Positions 25,004 to 29,225 of a DNA stretch of 29,225 nucleotides are shown here, in pieces. Location of the stretch: positions 1-29,225 of the forward strand of contig CAZTWC010000013.1 of the NCBI GenBank assembly GCA_964617105.1. The letters are read 5' to 3'. Below the pieces are notes generated by a model. That model saw only the letters and a program-made list of their open reading frames with translations, had not been told where the DNA came from and did not search any database. This DNA comes from an uncultured Myxococcia bacterium. Its GTDB lineage: Bacteria; CAZTWC01. The stretch's first letter is position 1. Each line of letters opens with the position of its first letter. Made by a program: the position numbers and the translations under genes.

Positions 25004-26254
25004 ATGTACACAGTAATGCTGGTGGATGACAACAAGATGTATCGGCAGGCTTTTACCCGCTTTTTAGAGATGAACAATTACCAGGTGGTAGAGGCTGAAA
25101 ATCGAGATGAAGCAATGACTAAAATCAGGGAACAGGTACCGGAAGTGGTTATTACCGACCTGGAGATGCGTTCCCGGGAAGAGGGCCTCCAACTGATCCG
25201 GGATATCCGCTCTTTAAAACCCTTTATCCCCATAATAATGATCAGCGCAGTGGGAACTTTTGAAGAGGGAGCCAAGGCCATAGAACTTGGAGCCAACCAG
25301 GTAATAAGCAAAAGCAGAATAGACCAGGAAATAGACTATCTCTATTCCACCATAGATAACGCCATGGCGGAGTATAAACGAAAAAAAAGCCTGCTGGCGT
25401 TGGTTAGGGATATGCGGGAGAGGCTTAACCGCGGCGAAACCAGGGAAGAAGACCGGGAGCAGTTGTCCAAAATTATCGATGATAAACAAATGGATGAATA
25501 TATCCGGACCGAAGCCTATGATGCACTACTCCAATTCAGGGACAGACAATTTCTGGATAAACCCCTTAAAACCGTTGATGGATGGGAAGAGATATCCAGA
25601 GAAATAGTCCAGGAAATTGGCAAAAAAATCCACAACTTTAGCCAGGCAGACCAGGAGACCAAACGAGTCTTTATCACGGCTGAGTATATGTTCAATCAGC
25701 AAGAACAAGAAAAAGGGATGGATATCGATTTTTCTCGCAACATTGCCTTTTCTTACGCCTTTGCCGTGGAAAATGAAGTTAAGTTAAAGATGAAAAGTCG
25801 CATGGTTTCCATGTTGAAAAACCGGGCATTCTTAAAAATGGTTAACCGGCTATACGATGAGAAATTAAAAAACGTAGATCTTTTCCTACACCAGTATCTG
25901 CTGCAATTGATGCGGGGAAAACATATCAATATCACGATAGATAATGTCAGGCATACCCTCCAATATATTTTGAAATTAGAGGGGAGGTACCGGCCCGATG
26001 GATTAAAAGCCGTGGGAACCTTATTGTTACTATTTGCTCGTAATTATGAGGTAATAACCAGAAAAGGAATAGTCAAAATTAAAAATCCAATGGGAATCCA
26101 CACCAACAGTGAAGAAGTCTTAGAACTTGCCAAAGATCTGATTAACCTACAGCATTTTCGCAATCCTTACATACATCCGGATGTGAGCGAAACCGAAAAA
26201 CTTGGGCAAATACGCACTATAGCAAAATCATGTTTACTAAAACTGCTTATATAA
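25004..26254 (+). CDS. Response regulator with an N-terminal REC domain and a ~290-aa uncharacterised all-alpha C-terminal domain that ends with a HEPN-like RNxxIH motif
   Basis: The REC domain has MLVDDNKMYRQ... and the acceptor Asp in VVITDLEM. The C-terminal part has no HTH, GGDEF, CheB or ANTAR features. RNPYIH lies ~26 aa from the C-terminus and is followed by a predicted helix. The RBS is AGGTG. Confidence 0.7.
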   Translation: MYTVMLVDDNKMYRQAFTRFLEMNNYQVVEAENRDEAMTKIREQVPEVVITDLEMRSREEGLQLIRDIRSLKPFIPIIMISAVGTFEEGAKAIELGANQVISKSRIDQEIDYLYSTIDNAMAEYKRKKSLLALVRDMRERLNRGETREEDREQLSKIIDDKQMDEYIRTEAYDALLQFRDRQFLDKPLKTVDGWEEISREIVQEIGKKIHNFSQADQETKRVFITAEYMFNQQEQEKGMDIDFSRNIAFSYAFAVENEVKLKMKSRMVSMLKNRAFLKMVNRLYDEKLKNVDLFLHQYLLQLMRGKHINITIDNVRHTLQYILKLEGRYRPDGLKAVGTLLLLFARNYEVITRKGIVKIKNPMGIHTNSEEVLELAKDLINLQHFRNPYIHPDVSETEKLGQIRTIAKSCLLKLLI

Positions 26255-26311
26255 TGAAGTAAGGATTAATTCCGGCAACATTTCACCTTTTTACATAGCC
26301 AGGACTCTGTT

Positions 26312-28276
26312 TTGCCTAAACTAGAAAGCCGTTTTTCCAGTAAGACCTCTAAGAAAGAGTTGCCTGCATCCTACGGGCGAGTTAGTTTTGTCAGGCGTAG
26401 TCTACCTGGTTTTCTGATCAATTCTTCCATGATTATCATTACCGCGCTGATGGTTATTATCTTCAACTATCAATTCTACCGGCCGGCCAAGGAAGTGATC
26501 ATTTCTGAAGTGGTTAATGAATTTATGGCGGAAACCCATTCCAAGAATCTGCCTTTCTGGATCAGGTTGGTTGATGACTATATTGTTATGCGCAAAAACC
26601 GGCATGATCACCCGTTGCTGATGAAAAAACTGGAAGAGATGGCCATAGAAATTCTATTTGATAAATCCCCCATATTTCGGCTTCAAATTGTAGATAACGG
26701 AGGTATGTTAATCTCGACTTATGATAATTATCTAAAATATGAAGAGAGCAACTCCTTGAAATATAATCTTCTATTTTCTTTTGAGAACAGTTTTATTGTT
26801 AAAAGTAACCTGGGGAAAATTGTTTTCTTTTATACCAATCCCGTTAACGAGAAAAAAATCATCTCCCTTACCACCAAGTGGCAATCGGTGATTCTGCCGA
26901 TGGTAGTAATAATCCTGGTGTTCCAGATTCTCTTTAATCTCCGGGTGGTCATCCCCCTTAAAAAGGTGGTGTCTTATTTGGAAAAGCCACGTTCTTCGGT
27001 CGATTCTCTCATTGACAATCCGGTCACTCTTCTGGAAAAACTGTATAACCGCAAGGCTCGGGATTCGATTTTATGGCGAATAGAATTATTGCTAGGCGAT
27101 TTTATCTCCAGCAATAAAGATCTCACGGTAGACAGTTTTTTCCATAAACTGCCCCGGCTGTTAAATGATATTTTTCCTGGTTTTATTTTTTCCTGTTACC
27201 GCAATTTCACCACTATTTTTGACAGCCAAACCAGAAACCAACTACAGGAGAATGGTAAGCCCCTACTCAAGGAGGAACTCTATCTGATCCACACCGATCT
27301 TTCCCGGCAAAATATCAAGTATGCCCTGCTTTTTCCTATCTTCTTTCAAGACAGAATTTACGGTTTTGGTCTGCTGGATATGAATAAAAATAACTACTAC
27401 CGTTTCCCCTTGCTGGTCATGGAGACCATAGGACTAATCGGTAACCAGATTGGTATCTCCTGCAATTACATTGATATCCAGCGTAAGTTGATAATGAAAG
27501 AGAAGAGCCTGGCCAATATCAATTTGGCCAAAAATCTAGGCCATGACCTGACCAATATTATAGCTTCGGGCAAACTGGAATTAATGGCAATAACTTCCTA
27601 CATGAAAAATATCGAGAAAAAAGAAACGGTTAACCGGCAAGATAGCCTCTTTATAAACGCCATCAATAACCTAAAAAATAACATTAAATTCCTCCAGGAA
27701 ATAGTTAACATCTATCGTTCCTATACCTATATTCATTCGCCAAAATTTGAATCGATAAATATCTTTCAAACCATTGAAGAGTTGCTTGAACTTTTCAGGC
27801 TCACCACATCAGGTGATATTAACTTCAACCTGGACAGTGGAGGAAAAAACATCATAGCCAAGGTAGAGCCCCGCTTGCTAAAATTGGCAATGTTTAATAT
27901 TATCACCAATGCTGTGGACTCAGTCAAAGCGCGGCAAATTAACGAGGTAACCCGAGGAGAGATCTATATTTCTATAAGTTCCTGTACCTCGGAAAAATGC
28001 TTTGAGATTAAAACCAGGGACAATGGTCAAGGCATTCTTGATAAAGAGGGGAATGAGTTGTCTCCAACTCAGATCAGTCGAATTTTTAATTTTGGCTATT
28101 CAACTAAAGATTCCTCTTTAAAGGGGGAAGGACTGGGATTAAGTTGGGTTTTGGCTATAGTGGATGAATTTCATTGTGGGCAAATAAATGCTGAAAATAA
28201 CCAGAATCTTGGCAGCACCTTTACTATAAAGTTGCCCATTAATCGTCTGCAAGAATGTTCTCACCTGGATTCCTGA
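26312..28276 (+). CDS. Sensor histidine kinase (membrane-anchored, with a large N-terminal sensor region, HisKA and HATPase_c)
   Basis: TM helices are IIITALMVIIFNYQ and VILPMVVIILVFQILF. The H-box is LAKNLGHDLTNII. The N-box is NIITNAVDSV. The G-boxes are DNGQGI...GLGLSWVLAIV...GSTFTIKLP. The start is TTG 26312 as given by the track; an alternative ATG lies at 26429. Confidence 0.8.
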   Translation: MPKLESRFSSKTSKKELPASYGRVSFVRRSLPGFLINSSMIIITALMVIIFNYQFYRPAKEVIISEVVNEFMAETHSKNLPFWIRLVDDYIVMRKNRHDHPLLMKKLEEMAIEILFDKSPIFRLQIVDNGGMLISTYDNYLKYEESNSLKYNLLFSFENSFIVKSNLGKIVFFYTNPVNEKKIISLTTKWQSVILPMVVIILVFQILFNLRVVIPLKKVVSYLEKPRSSVDSLIDNPVTLLEKLYNRKARDSILWRIELLLGDFISSNKDLTVDSFFHKLPRLLNDIFPGFIFSCYRNFTTIFDSQTRNQLQENGKPLLKEELYLIHTDLSRQNIKYALLFPIFFQDRIYGFGLLDMNKNNYYRFPLLVMETIGLIGNQIGISCNYIDIQRKLIMKEKSLANINLAKNLGHDLTNIIASGKLELMAITSYMKNIEKKETVNRQDSLFINAINNLKNNIKFLQEIVNIYRSYTYIHSPKFESINIFQTIEELLELFRLTTSGDINFNLDSGGKNIIAKVEPRLLKLAMFNIITNAVDSVKARQINEVTRGEIYISISSCTSEKCFEIKTRDNGQGILDKEGNELSPTQISRIFNFGYSTKDSSLKGEGLGLSWVLAIVDEFHCGQINAENNQNLGSTFTIKLPINRLQECSHLDS

Positions 28277-28352
28277 ACAATCTTATGATTTGACGTTTTG
28301 TTTTTCCTTGATTTCCCGGTAAAATAATGTTAATAACCATGGGACATAATAT

Positions 28353-28429
28353 GGTGGATGTAGCTCAGTTGGTAGAGCACCGGGTTGTGGCCCCGGTTGT
28401 CGTGGGTTCGAGCCCCATCATTCACCCCA
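28353..28429 (+). tRNA. tRNA-His (anticodon GTG) with a genomically encoded G-1 and 3' CCA
   Basis: The cloverleaf was folded by hand. The acceptor stem is GTGGATG/CATTCAC with a G4-U69 wobble. The D-arm is AGCTCAGTTGGTAGAGC. The anticodon stem-loop is CCGGG-TTGTGGC-CCCGG, with GTG at positions 34-36. The T-arm is GTGGG-TTCGAGC-CCCAT. The discriminator is C73, pairing with the extra 5' G at 28353. CCA is at 28427-28429. Confidence 0.85.
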
Positions 28430-28482
28430 AACTAGTACTTTGTACAACACTATCAGCCTTTTTTGCTCCGGCAATTAAGGCT

Positions 28483-29225
28483 GTGTTTATTTTTATCCTG
28501 TTAGTGTCCGTTCAAATGACACTAATATCAACCGCGGCCGCTAAACAACATCCATCAGATAATCTTTGGCAAACCCTTAAGGTGGGAATGGTTGAATTCC
28601 ATTTTCATTCTGAAGACCAAAAAGCGGTTACCTCTTTGCTGAACAATGCCGATCAATATATCCAAGTTATTTTATCCCACCTGGAACTGAATGCGCCTAA
28701 AGGTCAGGTCACCGTAAAAATAGCAACCAATATGGAGGAGTTTCTCAACCTGCAGCCCGGTCAATACCAGGCCCCTTTTTGGGCAGCGGGTATATCTTAT
28801 TCCCGTTTGAACCTGATAATCTTGCAGGTAAAAGGAGGGAAGGAAGACCGCGTTCGAGATATTGAAACTGTTTTTAGGCATGAATTCGCTCACCTGGCCC
28901 TATTTTGGGCAGCCGGGGAAAAAATAACTATTCCCCTCTGGTTCAATGAAGGTTACGCCATGTTTGAAGCCGATGAATGGGGCTTCGGTTGCATCTCTAC
29001 CTTGATGAAGGCTTCTGTGGCAGATCGGCTTTATACCTTGGCTGATCTGACCAACAATTTTCCTCGCGATACCAGGGAGGTTAATGTTGCCTATTGCCAA
29101 AGTATAGATTTTTTTAGTTATTTTATGCAAGAATACCAGTTGGCCGGTTTCAGAAAATTAATGGGATTTATCCTGCAAGGAATAAGTATTGAAGATGCTA
29201 TTTACCGCTCCACCGGTATCTCTCT
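28483..29225 (+). CDS. Secreted peptidase-MA-like (Peptidase_MA_2 type) zinc metalloprotease; the 3' end runs off the window
   Basis: The translation has a hydrophobic N-terminus (VFIFILLVSVQMTLISTAAA|KQ). It then reads ...FRHEFAHLALFWAAGEKITIPLWFNEGYAMFEAD..., an HExxH motif plus a downstream NEGxA glutamate-zincin-like motif. The reading frame is open back through the tRNA, so the true start (GTG 28483 or ATG 28516) is uncertain. Confidence 0.55.
   Translation, partial: MFIFILLVSVQMTLISTAAAKQHPSDNLWQTLKVGMVEFHFHSEDQKAVTSLLNNADQYIQVILSHLELNAPKGQVTVKIATNMEEFLNLQPGQYQAPFWAAGISYSRLNLIILQVKGGKEDRVRDIETVFRHEFAHLALFWAAGEKITIPLWFNEGYAMFEADEWGFGCISTLMKASVADRLYTLADLTNNFPRDTREVNVAYCQSIDFFSYFMQEYQLAGFRKLMGFILQGISIEDAIYRSTGIS

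Noticed and set aside
28277-28352. Promoter for tRNA-His
   Set aside because: Several weak -35/-10 combinations are possible (TTGTTT-16-TAAAAT, or CATAAT abutting the tRNA 5' end). None has good spacing. Left uncalled.
1-29225. CRISPR arrays, transposases, integrases, phage genes
   Set aside because: No regularly spaced direct repeats, no DDE or tyrosine-recombinase-like ORFs and no terminal inverted repeats were seen. The window looks like core or accessory metabolic chromosome, not a mobile element.

Overview
This is a roughly 29 kb chromosomal window, probably from a diderm anaerobe. The diderm call is inference from a CMP-KDO synthetase (kdsB) and an ArnT/PMT-like membrane glycosyltransferase. 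I did not compute base composition. No CRISPR array, transposase or integrase is visible.

Gene content from 5' to 3':
- An EPS-type pair: a partial GT2 glycosyltransferase on the minus strand and a polyprenyl-phosphate sugar transferase on the plus strand.
- A minus-strand four-gene cluster: prkA (PrkA Ser kinase), a yeaH/yhbH-like DUF444/vWA gene, spoVR, and a secreted CotH-like kinase.
- A NifU-like Fe-S protein.
- A PAS-PAS-HisKA protein with no ATPase domain, probably on a leaderless transcript.
- Aspartate kinase.
- A kdsB plus histidine-phosphatase operon.
- An NtrC-family sigma54 activator directly upstream of a compact bacterial microcompartment (BMC) operon. The operon encodes BMC-H, BMC-P, an unknown 100-aa ORF, a CoA-acylating aldehyde dehydrogenase with an N-terminal encapsulation peptide, a PduS-like RnfC-family Fe-S flavoprotein and a PduT-like Fe-S BMC-T.
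- A convergent REC-zinc-ribbon regulator that closes the BMC operon.
- A divergent zinc-ribbon/TPR/TM protein followed by an ArnT-like transferase.
- An RRM RNA-binding protein with a strong bidirectional terminator.
- A secreted DUF4476-like protein followed by a two-component pair. The response regulator has an uncharacterised C-terminal domain ending in a HEPN-like RNxxIH motif.
- tRNA-His with an encoded G-1 and CCA.
- A secreted peptidase-MA-like (HEFAH...NEGYA) gene running off the window end.

The most interesting item is the minimal BMC locus. It has an aldehyde dehydrogenase and a paired Fe-S relay (PduS-like plus PduT-like) but no signature enzyme, phosphotransacylase or alcohol dehydrogenase. 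It is bracketed by two atypical regulators. Secondary items: a structured repeat-bearing intercistronic element inside the prkA cluster, a possible REC-HEPN response regulator, and a perfect palindrome in the nifU/PAS divergent promoter region.
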